Positions 38,214 to 47,349 of a stretch of 64,000 nucleotides of DNA are shown here, piece by piece. The stretch spans positions 62,001 to 126,000 of the IMG/VR virus record IMGVR_UViG_3300044701_000569, one strand, 5' to 3'. The position numbers were made by a program, and so were the translations under genes. Position 1 is the first letter of the stretch. Each line of letters starts with the position of its first letter. The notes beneath the pieces are model-generated. The model was not told where the DNA came from. It was given only the letters and a program-made list of their open reading frames with translations, and searched no databases.

Positions 38214-41200
38214 TTATCCTAATGTCAAAATATATTCAACTGCTAAATTTTCAGCGGCAGTAAAAGTAATAGCACCAGAACTACCTGCTACAGATACCCA
38301 ACTTACTCCGTCCCAGATTTCTAAATAGCTTTGATCAGTATTATATCTAACCATACCTAATTCTCTATACGGAGGAATAGGTCTTTCAGTATCTAAACCA
38401 ACTGGGACAACAAAACCTTTATTGCCCTCTATTTTAAAATAACCGGTACCACTGTTTCTAAAGTATGTTATACCGTTGTTAGTTCTATTTATAATAGATG
38501 AATCTTTAAATCCTAGTTCGTCAATAACAACTGAACCAATTCCATTAGCATTTAATAACAGATCTTGATTAAGTGTTGTAATACTAATAGTGTTATCGTC
38601 TATTGATATATCATCTACTTCAAATCTATCTGCTCTAAATCTAGCCGAAGTCATATCAGCAACTAAAGAGCCATCAGCATAAAATCTAATAGTATTATCA
38701 TTTGCACCAGGAGTTAATTCAGCAGTGATATAGGTGTTTAGATCTAAGTCGTAAACACCATTAAGTGCTATCCAATTTCCATCATACCCTTCAAACAGGT
38801 TAGTGTCAGTGTTGTATCTTATCATACCAACACTAGGTGTTCCTGGTCGTTCTGCTATAGATCCTGTGGGTAAATTAAATGCGCCCGTGGCATTTAATCT
38901 TACAGTTCCGCTAGCTGCATCTAGTATAATATCGCCTGTGGTGCTTGATATTGTATTGCCACTAATTACTAAATTACCAGTATTAATTTGTTCGCCAGTA
39001 ATTGTTGTTGTGCTAGCACCAGTTGTAATAGATATACCAGTACTAGTTTCAATATTAAATGTTGCACTAGTAAAGTTTACTGTACCCGTCTGTTGATCTA
39101 CAAAGAATAAATCACCAACTCTAAAATCACCATCATGATCAACTGAGCTATATCTTATTCTTGCATTGTTTAGTTCTATAACTTCGTTAGTTTGTATAAC
39201 AGTTAACGGATCGTTTGACGTTTCTTTTCCGTTACCTATATAAGCAAAGTTTTGACTAATTAGGTACATCAATACGCCCGGACCGTTTCCGTAAGCACCG
39301 TAATTTCCGTATACACAAGCACTGGCAATAGAACGAACCTCGCCACCAAAGTCAGTAAAGTCAACCAGTGTTATTGCTGTAGCAGTTGCGCCGCCACTAA
39401 ATCTAACATCCTGCACCTGTTGAGCATCGTCGTCAATAGTAATAGAGCTGTCTGTGCCGTTAAAATGTAGTAGCAGTACAGTGTATTGATCGCTTAGATA
39501 TTCTGCTGTAGGAACAGTAAAAGTACCTGAACTGCGGCCGCTACCTTTTGAAATTCTTACTTCGTCAATGCGTCCAGCAAATGCAAAACTTCCATTAGGG
39601 TCTGCACCTATTCTCACAGGGCGAGCTGCATAGCTATTAGCATCAACATAAGTAGAACCGACCTGTACGCCATTTATAAATGCTCGTGTATTGCCACTTA
39701 CTCTAGATAAACGCACATGTGTCCAAGTGCTAATAGGAACTGTTCCAACAGGGCCTATTCTAAAATTAAAATTGTAGTAGAAATAAAGCTGATTAGCATC
39801 TGTAAGACCTAAGACAATGCCGCCGCCATCACCGGGACTAGCAGTTCTTAGGTCAAAGATAGTTCTATACGTACCTGTTGTAGTTGGATACAACCATGCT
39901 TCTAAGCAAAAATCACCTGTACCAAATCCAAAATCAGCATGGGATGGATAAGAAATATAATCCCCTGTGCCATCAAGTTCTAAACTTGCTGTGCCAAACT
40001 TCTTAAGAGAAGTATCTAATCTAGCTTCATTTGCAATAGTTGCAGTCTTACCGGCTCTTTCAAGATAAGTTTCAAATCCCGTCTGCTTACCAGTTATATA
40101 AAATTTACCGTCAACGTCTTTACTTGCAATAGTACCTGTTGCTAGAACAGTTACTCCGTCAGTATCATAGTAGGTTACAGTTTCACCTGAATTAAATGTG
40201 CCTGTTACATTATCAACTCTTAGTGCTGTTTTACCTTGACCTTGTAGTCCTGTTGCACCATCAAAAGCGTACATGCCTCTGTTGGCAAAATATGTAAAGC
40301 AGTTGAGCCATTCAACTCTTGCACCGTTTGTAATTACCAGTGCATCTACACCGGGTGTGATAAAAGTTACTGAGTGAAATAAACAACTTGCTTCGCGTGA
40401 GCTTACACTAGCCACTGCACCATCAATGTACGCACCTTTGCCTGCATCACCCGCTGCAAATCCTCTAGGATCACTGCCGCTGGTTACAGAGCCTGATGTA
40501 ATAACTGATACGTTTCTAACATAAGGTGAACGACTGGTTACTGTAAATCCGGGCGCAAATTTAAACGCATATCCTGTAAAGAAATCTTTTACAGTTATGT
40601 CTTCAACTGTTACTTCACCGTTAAGTAGGAATGCGTCATTATTTTGTGTGGCAATGCTAGGCTTAATATTAACGCTTCTTAAACTGTGTCCTTTGACAGT
40701 TACGCCAGCTGGAACTGTAATTGGAAATGTTTCTGTATATGTTCCTGGATAAATGTGAATAGTATCACCAGCACCTGCTACTGTTACAGCGTGTGTTAGA
40801 CTAGCAAACGGAGCACTTGGATGATCACCGTCAAGCGAATCGCTTCCGTTTTCCGCAACATAGTAAATGTTACCCTGTCTTAGAGCTAGTTCTACTCCAT
40901 CAACTGTTAAGTTAGCGGTATTGATAGTTGCAGTGTCTGCATAGATATTATCTACATAGGCATTGCGCCATTGTTTGCCGCCTGTTGCTGGATCAGAACC
41001 TAGATCATAAGCATTTGAACTATCAGGAATTATGTTTGATACTATTTCAGCATTAAAGACTACATTATCAGTGTCTTGATTACCAATAGTAATGTTCCCG
41101 TCAGCAGTAATAGATCCTGTAGCTACTATGTTACCGTAAACATTTGTATCTGCAAATATCTCTACAGTACCTGTACCGTTTGGACGAAATTCTAAATTTT

Positions 41201-41552
41201 CATTGGATGTGTTTGTACTGATTATGTTATCTTCAATACTAACACTGTCAACAGTTAATTTGTTTTGATATACAACAGTATCAGCTGTACCTAACTCTAG
41301 TGTAGGCTGTGTTGTACTGATTGTGTTGCCTGAGAATGTAACATCAGCAATATTAGCTAATGTACTTACTGTTAGATTTGTACTGTAAACTGAACCGTTT
41401 ACATCTAGATCGTATTGAGGTGATGCTGTTCGTATACCGATACGGCTGTTGTTAACATCAAGATATAATAGATCAGTCTCAAAGGCCAGATTTACTCCCT
41501 CGCGAAGGAGGTTAGCCTTTAAGAGCGGACCACTAATACGACCAATAGCCAT
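38214..41552 (-). CDS. Fibre protein with beta-helix-like and LamG/ConA-like domains (1112 aa)
   Basis: GRISGPLL start, IYYVAENG, RSPYVRNVSV, FGTGDFCLEAW...GRIDEVRISKG and PxGxxxERP/GMIRYNTD motifs. Confidence 0.7.
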   Translation of the reverse strand: MAIGRISGPLLKANLLREGVNLAFETDLLYLDVNNSRIGIRTASPQYDLDVNGSVYSTNLTVSTLANIADVTFSGNTISTTQPTLELGTADTVVYQNKLTVDSVSIEDNIISTNTSNENLEFRPNGTGTVEIFADTNVYGNIVATGSITADGNITIGNQDTDNVVFNAEIVSNIIPDSSNAYDLGSDPATGGKQWRNAYVDNIYADTATINTANLTVDGVELALRQGNIYYVAENGSDSLDGDHPSAPFASLTHAVTVAGAGDTIHIYPGTYTETFPITVPAGVTVKGHSLRSVNIKPSIATQNNDAFLLNGEVTVEDITVKDFFTGYAFKFAPGFTVTSRSPYVRNVSVITSGSVTSGSDPRGFAAGDAGKGAYIDGAVASVSSREASCLFHSVTFITPGVDALVITNGARVEWLNCFTYFANRGMYAFDGATGLQGQGKTALRVDNVTGTFNSGETVTYYDTDGVTVLATGTIASKDVDGKFYITGKQTGFETYLERAGKTATIANEARLDTSLKKFGTASLELDGTGDYISYPSHADFGFGTGDFCLEAWLYPTTTGTYRTIFDLRTASPGDGGGIVLGLTDANQLYFYYNFNFRIGPVGTVPISTWTHVRLSRVSGNTRAFINGVQVGSTYVDANSYAARPVRIGADPNGSFAFAGRIDEVRISKGSGRSSGTFTVPTAEYLSDQYTVLLLHFNGTDSSITIDDDAQQVQDVRFSGGATATAITLVDFTDFGGEVRSIASACVYGNYGAYGNGPGVLMYLISQNFAYIGNGKETSNDPLTVIQTNEVIELNNARIRYSSVDHDGDFRVGDLFFVDQQTGTVNFTSATFNIETSTGISITTGASTTTITGEQINTGNLVISGNTISSTTGDIILDAASGTVRLNATGAFNLPTGSIAERPGTPSVGMIRYNTDTNLFEGYDGNWIALNGVYDLDLNTYITAELTPGANDNTIRFYADGSLVADMTSARFRADRFEVDDISIDDNTISITTLNQDLLLNANGIGSVVIDELGFKDSSIINRTNNGITYFRNSGTGYFKIEGNKGFVVPVGLDTERPIPPYRELGMVRYNTDQSYLEIWDGVSWVSVAGSSGAITFTAAENLAVEYILTLG

Positions 41553-41563
41553 CTCTTCTCCTC

Positions 41564-41660
41564 AATACGGGGATCCTGTCCCTCCAACCAAATTCTCATC
41601 CTTACGGCTCTTTGCTGGTTGACCACAGTTTGGTCCTGCGAGAGTTGGTCGCTCCTGCAT
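41564..41660 (-). promoter_or_regulatory. Structured 5' leader of about 100 nt (candidate cis-regulatory RNA)
   Basis: GC-rich non-coding stretch between a late box (41667-41674) and the SD, with several hairpins. Confidence 0.45.
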
Positions 41661-41666
41661 TAGTAG

Positions 41667-41674
41667 TATTTATC
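41667..41674 (-). promoter_or_regulatory. Late promoter box (GATAAATA)
   Basis: tatttatc on the plus strand just after the stop of the 996-aa gene. Confidence 0.6.
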
Positions 41675-41685
41675 GATTTTTGGAT

Positions 41686-44676
41686 TTAACCTAAGACAAG
41701 GGTGTAAATATCAAGAATTTCACCCATAAGTTCTGCAGTAACAATTTCGCCTTCGCCTGCTGATCTCTGCCACTCGCTGCCGTTCCAAGTTTCAAGATAG
41801 TCTCTGTCAGTATTCCAGCGTGTAGTTCCTTGTGGTGGAACTGAGGGACGTTCTACATCTGTACCTGTAGGAATTACTAGTCCCCGAACATTATCAAACA
41901 CTAGATAACCATTATTAGTATGACTAACACTTAGATTATTATTACTAGTATTATCTATAACATTATCGTATACAGCTAAATCATCAAAATATACAACTCC
42001 AGTTCCGTTAGCTTCTAGTTCTAAATTTGAATTAGAAGTTGATGTTGTAATTAGGTTATTCTGAATTAAAATATCTCCGGTATACAATCCAGTTAACTGT
42101 ATTGCACCTGGTATTACTCTACCTGCTTCTATGCTATTTGCAGTAAAAATAATGTGTCCTTGAAGGTTGTTAGCATTAATACTTGTATTTCTATTTTCAC
42201 TGAATACTCCATTAAAAGTAGTTGTAGTAGTACTATATCCTTCAAATCGTTGCGAAGTTGTATTATAACGTATATCCGACTGTTCAGATATACGCTGTGC
42301 TGTAGTTCCTCTAGGAAGTATTATATTTGAATTACTAGATACATTTAAAAAACCAGATCCAGGATTCCATATTAGGTCACCGTTTACTGTTACTACAGAA
42401 TTTCCGCTGAATCTAATATTACCTATATCAATGCGTTCGCCGTCAATGTAAGTAATTTCTCCGCCAGTGTTTATAACTATTGCACTTACGCCACTAAAGT
42501 CAATACTGCTAGCATCAATACTAGTTTCACCTGTATCAAAGTCTACGTAGAATACGTTCCCAACTCTAAATGTCCCTCTAGCATCTGTTGACACATAATA
42601 GATTTTTCCGCTGTTTAGTTCTACAGCTTCTTGATCTCTTAGCGTTAGCGTTGAATCGTTATTTGCTTCTGTGCCGGCGCCTATGTATGCAAAGTTTTGT
42701 CCTATTAGATACATCAGCGTGTCTGCACCGTCTGCTACAGCACCGTAATTTCCGTATACACTGGCCGATCCAATAGAACGAATTTCTGCTCCAAACTCTG
42801 TGCCTAAATTTGCAAAGCCTGCTGATCCCTGTAGTGCATACAATCCTCTGTTTGCAAAATATGTAAATGAGTTAAGCCATTCTACCCTCACGCCATTTGT
42901 CATAGTAATACAATCAACACCTGGAGTTATAAATGTAGCACTGTGAAACAGCATACTTGCTTGTGTGCTGGCACTGTTTAATTCACTACCGTCAATCCAT
43001 GCTCCGGCTCCTGCTGGAATCGCAGACGTTGTTGCAGGAGAAGAAAAAATTGGAATTCCTGAAGCAGGAACTAAAGACGTAGTTACATATATTCTCCACA
43101 TGTTAGTATTAATAGGATCTTCAATTACGTAATCTACAACATAAAGAACACCGTTATTATTAATAGACCAATCTGCGCCAACTACAGTATTAAAATCTGA
43201 AGGTAAGTTAGTTTTATAATAAGCTACCCAAGGTTCTCCAACAGAAGCTCCTGTAGTATCATAGTCATTAGGTGGAAGAATAAAAGTTGTTCCGCTAGGA
43301 TATATGGAAAAAGAATAACCTTGCTGCAAGGAATCGAACGGTTCAGCTAAAATAAGATTCCATAACGTTGTTGGATCTGCCGGTGACGGTTCGTATCCTG
43401 TGATTGTATAAAACGTAACAGGAGATAAAGGACCAAAATGAGTTGCCATTGTTTTTCCAACCCAGCTTTGCACTAGTGCTTCGCTATGTCCAGATTTAGT
43501 TACAGTTATTCCATATGTGTCGAAAGATAGGCCGAGGCCTTCTGGATCAACATAAACTTCTCCAGGCGCAGTTGACGCTGCTGTTTCTGCTGTTATAACA
43601 CTTACGTTTCTTACATACGGGCTACGTTCATTAATAATTGCTCCAGAAGCAAATCTAAATGCATAGCCTGTGTTATTTCCGCTATCAAACGTAAAATCTC
43701 TAACAGTTATATTTTCAACTAGAGTATTTTGATTTAAATGAAATATGTCTTCGCCCTGACTAGCAGTGTTTGGACTTATTATTGTATTCCTTAAATCTTC
43801 GCCAGTGATAGTTGTATTCTGTGGAACTATTAGAGGAGTAGTTTCTTCATACTCTCCGGGATAGATATGTATTGTTACAGGGCCTGCTGTGCTGCCGTCT
43901 GCGACTGCAAGAGCATGGGCTATTGTTCTAAACGGACCTTGAGGATGATCACCTACATTTGTGTCATCACCATTTACGGCAACAAAAAAAGTGTTGCCTG
44001 GTCTAGTTGCTAGACTAGCATCTTCAACAACTACAACATTAGATACTAAGTTATTACCAATTAAATTGTTGGTATATAAATTTCTCCAACGTTTTACACT
44101 AGTACCTAAGTCGTAGGTTGACGTAGCATCTGGTATAATGTGGCTGTTAATATCTGCATTAAAATCTACACTGTCAGTATTGTCATTACCTAAAGTTAAT
44201 GTTCCGCCAAAAGTTATATCGCCTGTTGCGTGTAAACTTCCAGTAACATTTGTATTAGCATGTATTTCTAATGTACCAGTACCGTCGGGTCTAATTTCTA
44301 CATTAGAATTAGGTACAGTGGTACCAATAGAATTAAAATTTATATCAAGATCGTCTGTGCGAAGATTAGATAATTTAATTTGATTAGCTGCATTTAAAAA
44401 CATGTTGCCTGGTGCAACATTAATTGCTCCAGACTGTATTGTAAAATTAGCAACTTTTAAGTCTACGTCTTGTATTAGATGACTGGCGCCCAGCGTAGTT
44501 GCTACTTCAAGAACATCTATAGGACTTTCAGTATTAACACCAATTCTAGCTGTGTTTACTTTGAGCTGTAGTAATGCAGTGTCTAGTGTTTCGTTTTTAA
44601 AATTTAAATCAACACCGTTTCTTACAAGGTTGTCTTGTAAAACTCCACCACTGATTCTACCTATTTGCCCTGCCAT
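41686..44676 (-). CDS. Fibre protein (996 aa), paralogue of the 1112-aa protein
   Basis: GRISGGVL start, RSPYVRNVSV, SMLFHSATFITPGVD and RVEWLNSFTYFANRG shared with the downstream paralogue. Confidence 0.7.
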   Translation of the reverse strand: MAGQIGRISGGVLQDNLVRNGVDLNFKNETLDTALLQLKVNTARIGVNTESPIDVLEVATTLGASHLIQDVDLKVANFTIQSGAINVAPGNMFLNAANQIKLSNLRTDDLDINFNSIGTTVPNSNVEIRPDGTGTLEIHANTNVTGSLHATGDITFGGTLTLGNDNTDSVDFNADINSHIIPDATSTYDLGTSVKRWRNLYTNNLIGNNLVSNVVVVEDASLATRPGNTFFVAVNGDDTNVGDHPQGPFRTIAHALAVADGSTAGPVTIHIYPGEYEETTPLIVPQNTTITGEDLRNTIISPNTASQGEDIFHLNQNTLVENITVRDFTFDSGNNTGYAFRFASGAIINERSPYVRNVSVITAETAASTAPGEVYVDPEGLGLSFDTYGITVTKSGHSEALVQSWVGKTMATHFGPLSPVTFYTITGYEPSPADPTTLWNLILAEPFDSLQQGYSFSIYPSGTTFILPPNDYDTTGASVGEPWVAYYKTNLPSDFNTVVGADWSINNNGVLYVVDYVIEDPINTNMWRIYVTTSLVPASGIPIFSSPATTSAIPAGAGAWIDGSELNSASTQASMLFHSATFITPGVDCITMTNGVRVEWLNSFTYFANRGLYALQGSAGFANLGTEFGAEIRSIGSASVYGNYGAVADGADTLMYLIGQNFAYIGAGTEANNDSTLTLRDQEAVELNSGKIYYVSTDARGTFRVGNVFYVDFDTGETSIDASSIDFSGVSAIVINTGGEITYIDGERIDIGNIRFSGNSVVTVNGDLIWNPGSGFLNVSSNSNIILPRGTTAQRISEQSDIRYNTTSQRFEGYSTTTTTFNGVFSENRNTSINANNLQGHIIFTANSIEAGRVIPGAIQLTGLYTGDILIQNNLITTSTSNSNLELEANGTGVVYFDDLAVYDNVIDNTSNNNLSVSHTNNGYLVFDNVRGLVIPTGTDVERPSVPPQGTTRWNTDRDYLETWNGSEWQRSAGEGEIVTAELMGEILDIYTLVLG

Positions 44677-44700
44677 TTAGGTCTCCTTTGACAGTAGTAT

Positions 44701-45210
44701 TTATTTGTCAAAGTTGTGGATTACAGTTACGTCTTTTCCGAATGGAACTGCTGTACCAAACTCGATATACCATCCTTCTGCTTTTCCTGGAGGATTCTGC
44801 GCTAAGGAATAGTTTGTTCCTGGAATTTGATAAACGTTTTCTACAAATACTAAAATATTTCTTTCTGTAGCAGGTATAGGATAATCTGCATCGCCTGAAT
44901 TTAGTATACCAAATACAGTTTCAATTGCGTCACCTGGGCCAAATGTTTGCTGCACTATACCTGGATTTCTGTTTGGTTCTTTAAATCTTAGTTTTCTCCA
45001 AGCACCGTCTTGATAAGCTTCTACTTCATCTGTAGTTGTATTATATCTTAGATGTCCGTCAGTTGGGTAAAATGGTCGTTCAGATGTTGAACCTTTAGGA
45101 AGTCTAATAGAATTATTAGAATCCATAATTATTTGATCATTAGTGTCAAAGTGAACACCCTTGCCTGATAGGCTTCTTAAATTTGTACTTTGACGCTTTA
45201 AAAATCTCAT
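44701..45210 (-). CDS. Virion structural protein
   Basis: LPKGSTSERP / GHLRYNTT fibre motif and VFVENVYQIPG beta domain. Confidence 0.6.
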   Translation of the reverse strand: MRFLKRQSTNLRSLSGKGVHFDTNDQIIMDSNNSIRLPKGSTSERPFYPTDGHLRYNTTTDEVEAYQDGAWRKLRFKEPNRNPGIVQQTFGPGDAIETVFGILNSGDADYPIPATERNILVFVENVYQIPGTNYSLAQNPPGKAEGWYIEFGTAVPFGKDVTVIHNFDK

Positions 45211-45211
45211 G

Positions 45212-45550
45212 TTATACTTCCAAATAACTCACAGTTGCAGAAAGATTTGTAGGTGATTCACCTAAAAGAATTATACGGTCACCTTCTTCTAAAATAATTT
45301 TTTCAGAATCAAATGTGAAAGTTTCTCCTGCGGGTAGAAGCAAATTTCTAACTACCATGTTTACATTACCTTTGGCTTGTCCGTTAGGTACTAAGTGCAT
45401 ATCAAAACTAGTCAATCCGTCTTCTTCGTGTCCTGGATTTGGTGTCCAAGTATTGCAGACTAGGATTGTTGTGATAGCATATCGTTTGCCTACAGGAACT
45501 TCTAAAAGTTCTGTGTCAATATTTGTTACTAATACGTTTGCTATTGCCAT
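45212..45550 (-). CDS. Small beta-sandwich virion adaptor protein
   Basis: AITTILVCN, LPAGETFTFDSEKIILEEGD and ATVSYLEV. Confidence 0.6.
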   Translation of the reverse strand: MAIANVLVTNIDTELLEVPVGKRYAITTILVCNTWTPNPGHEEDGLTSFDMHLVPNGQAKGNVNMVVRNLLLPAGETFTFDSEKIILEEGDRIILLGESPTNLSATVSYLEV

Positions 45551-45559
45551 TGTCTGTCC

Positions 45560-46534
45560 TTAAAATATCATACTGTAAATAAGAGATCTGTTGTTACTTA
45601 TAATTTCGTCTCTTCTTAATTCTGCATTTACAAAAAATAATCCTGTTCCTCCGGTGGATTCATTTTTAACATAAAGTTTTAAACCGTCTGTTGAAATTGG
45701 AGGAACAACTGAAGGATCATCAGGACTAGGCAAATAATTTATCTGCAAAGTGTCGTCAACTACTATATGACCTAACCCGGGAGCAGATAGAACTAAATTT
45801 TCATCTGACGCTGTGGTTTCAATCCTAGTACCAACAATTCTAATATTTCCTAACTCAAATCTATCAGCATAGATATTAGCTACTACATTAGTATCAATAG
45901 CAATTTCTATTCTGCTAGCAGTTCCTGTAGTTTCACTGTCAAGTGCTTTTACAGTCGTTGGATCTATAACACCATCACCAATCTGTGTTAATAGTGTACT
46001 AGCAAAAGCTAAAGTAATTGCATCATCAACATATTTTTTATTTGTTATATGATCATCATCGGTAACATTTGTTTCGTAGTTATTAGTGCCTTCTACGCTA
46101 ATAACTCCTGAACCTGCATTAATTAAAAATAAATCACCGCCACCTGTGCTAATGCTGTTTGTTCTAATGCCTACTAGCGTTGATAGATCATTCCTAAAAA
46201 TAAATCCGCCAGTTACTGTTGTATCTGATACAGGGTCTCTCCAAGTTACATTTTCATCAAACAAAATGTAAGCATCTGGTTGTACTCCTCTATCAATCCT
46301 TATACCTGATGTGTCTAAAGTTATTCCTGATCCTGTTTCACCAGCGTTAAGAAGGATAATGTTATCAGTGACAGACATATCAGTTGACTCAACCGTAGTT
46401 GTAGTTCCTTCAACTAATAAATTACCTGTGATTATCACAGTGCCTTCACCTGAACCTGTATTCAAAACGATTTCATCACCAGGTTCAACTGATATCTTAT
46501 AACCGCCTTCTGTAACTCTTAAAAATTTAGACAT
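45560..46534 (-). CDS. Virion structural / fibre-root protein
   Basis: GNLLVEGTTTTVES...DNIILLN, NKKYVDD coil motif and hydrophobic C-terminus RSLIYSMIF. Confidence 0.6.
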   Translation of the reverse strand: MSKFLRVTEGGYKISVEPGDEIVLNTGSGEGTVIITGNLLVEGTTTTVESTDMSVTDNIILLNAGETGSGITLDTSGIRIDRGVQPDAYILFDENVTWRDPVSDTTVTGGFIFRNDLSTLVGIRTNSISTGGGDLFLINAGSGVISVEGTNNYETNVTDDDHITNKKYVDDAITLAFASTLLTQIGDGVIDPTTVKALDSETTGTASRIEIAIDTNVVANIYADRFELGNIRIVGTRIETTASDENLVLSAPGLGHIVVDDTLQINYLPSPDDPSVVPPISTDGLKLYVKNESTGGTGLFFVNAELRRDEIISNNRSLIYSMIF

Positions 46535-46550
46535 TCATTGTTCCTATAAG

Positions 46551-46572
46551 GTAAGGGGATTTCTCCCCTTAC
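46551..46572 (-). terminator. Hairpin after the 147-aa gene
   Basis: GUAAGGGGA-GAAA-UCCCCUUAC on the minus strand; no clear U-tract. Confidence 0.45.
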
Positions 46573-46574
46573 TA

Positions 46575-47018
46575 TTAGATAGCTGTTAATCGCATTACAG
46601 TTTCTGTCGAGTCGTTCTCAATAGTCCACTTGTATCTTGCGTTGTTGAAATCTCTACAAGTACGATTGAATAGTTTCTTAATACGAACCTGTGTACCACC
46701 AGTACCAACAATAGTACCTTGTATTGACATTTCATTAGCTGCTAAAGAACCAACAGCTTTGTCAACTAGTGTGCAAATTCCTACGTTACCTGTACCAGAA
46801 CCGCTTGGTGTTACCTTAGTACCTGCTTTAGTATCGTTTACTAAAAACTTGTTTGAACTACGCTGTCTTAAAATGTAGCCTTCGTCGCTAGCAGAGTTGC
46901 TGGCAACTTTTACGTTTACTGTGATGTTAAAAAAAGTTTCGTTTGATGCTGGTGCATAACGTGTATCGTCAGCGTCTGCTAACCAACCAAAGAATTTCTT
47001 ATTTACTGGACGTCCCAT
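46575..47018 (-). CDS. Hypothetical late protein
   Basis: MGRPVNKKFFG start, strong AAGGAG SD and its own late box at 47086. Confidence 0.7.
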   Translation of the reverse strand: MGRPVNKKFFGWLADADDTRYAPASNETFFNITVNVKVASNSASDEGYILRQRSSNKFLVNDTKAGTKVTPSGSGTGNVGICTLVDKAVGSLAANEMSIQGTIVGTGGTQVRIKKLFNRTCRDFNNARYKWTIENDSTETVMRLTAI

Positions 47019-47085
47019 TTGTTTTCTCCTTTATGTTGACGTTCTAGGTCTACGCAGTGGGTAACTGCATAAGTCTTAGACAAAG

Positions 47086-47093
47086 TATTTATC
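47086..47093 (-). promoter_or_regulatory. Late promoter box (GATAAATA)
   Basis: tatttatc immediately downstream (minus sense) of the pqqA terminator. Confidence 0.6.
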
Positions 47094-47102
47094 ATAAAAG
47101 AT

Positions 47103-47128
47103 AAAAGCCCAACAATGTTGGGCTTTTT
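47103..47128 (-). terminator. Bidirectional intrinsic terminator after pqqA
   Basis: aaaagcccaac-aat-gttgggctttt perfect stem with U-tracts on both strands. Confidence 0.85.
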
Positions 47129-47142
47129 AAAAGAACTATAGT

Positions 47143-47214
47143 TTATCTGTTAGCAATATACATTGTAACTTCAAAACCATAGCGCATTTCTGTTGCTACT
47201 GGTTTGGTCCACAT
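47143..47214 (-). CDS. pqqA: Pyrroloquinoline quinone precursor peptide PqqA (23 aa)
   Basis: Manual translation [23 protein letters not shown] has the MWxKP start and the GFEVTxY core with the E-x3-Y cross-link residues. AGGAGG SD at 47223-47228, 8 nt before the ATG. Too short for the ORF track. Confidence 0.93.
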   Translation of the reverse strand: MWTKPVATEMRYGFEVTMYIANR

Positions 47215-47237
47215 AATGTTTTCCTCCTTTGCACTAT

Positions 47238-47245
47238 TAATTATA
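47238..47245 (-). promoter_or_regulatory. Promoter box for pqqA (TATAATTA)
   Basis: Perfect TATAAT -10 at 47240-47245 that also reads as a late-box variant; no good -35 seen. Confidence 0.5.
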
Positions 47246-47299
47246 CACAGTTATAGTAGGAAAAACATACGTAAAATCATTAAAATATCATCAGTCAAA

Positions 47300-47325
47300 G
47301 AAATAGGGCCTTTCGGCCCTATTTC
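47300..47325 (-). terminator. Intrinsic terminator after the major capsid gene
   Basis: GAAAUAGGGCC-GAAA-GGCCCUAUUUC-UUU on the minus strand. Confidence 0.85.
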
Positions 47326-47349
47326 AATTTGCTTACCTAACAGGTAGTA

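Noticed and set aside
41564-41660. Assignment of the leader to the ZTP or c-di-GMP-I riboswitch (GGAGCGACC and GCAAA fragments)
   Set aside because: Only short fragments match, and the remaining conserved elements and helix order are absent.
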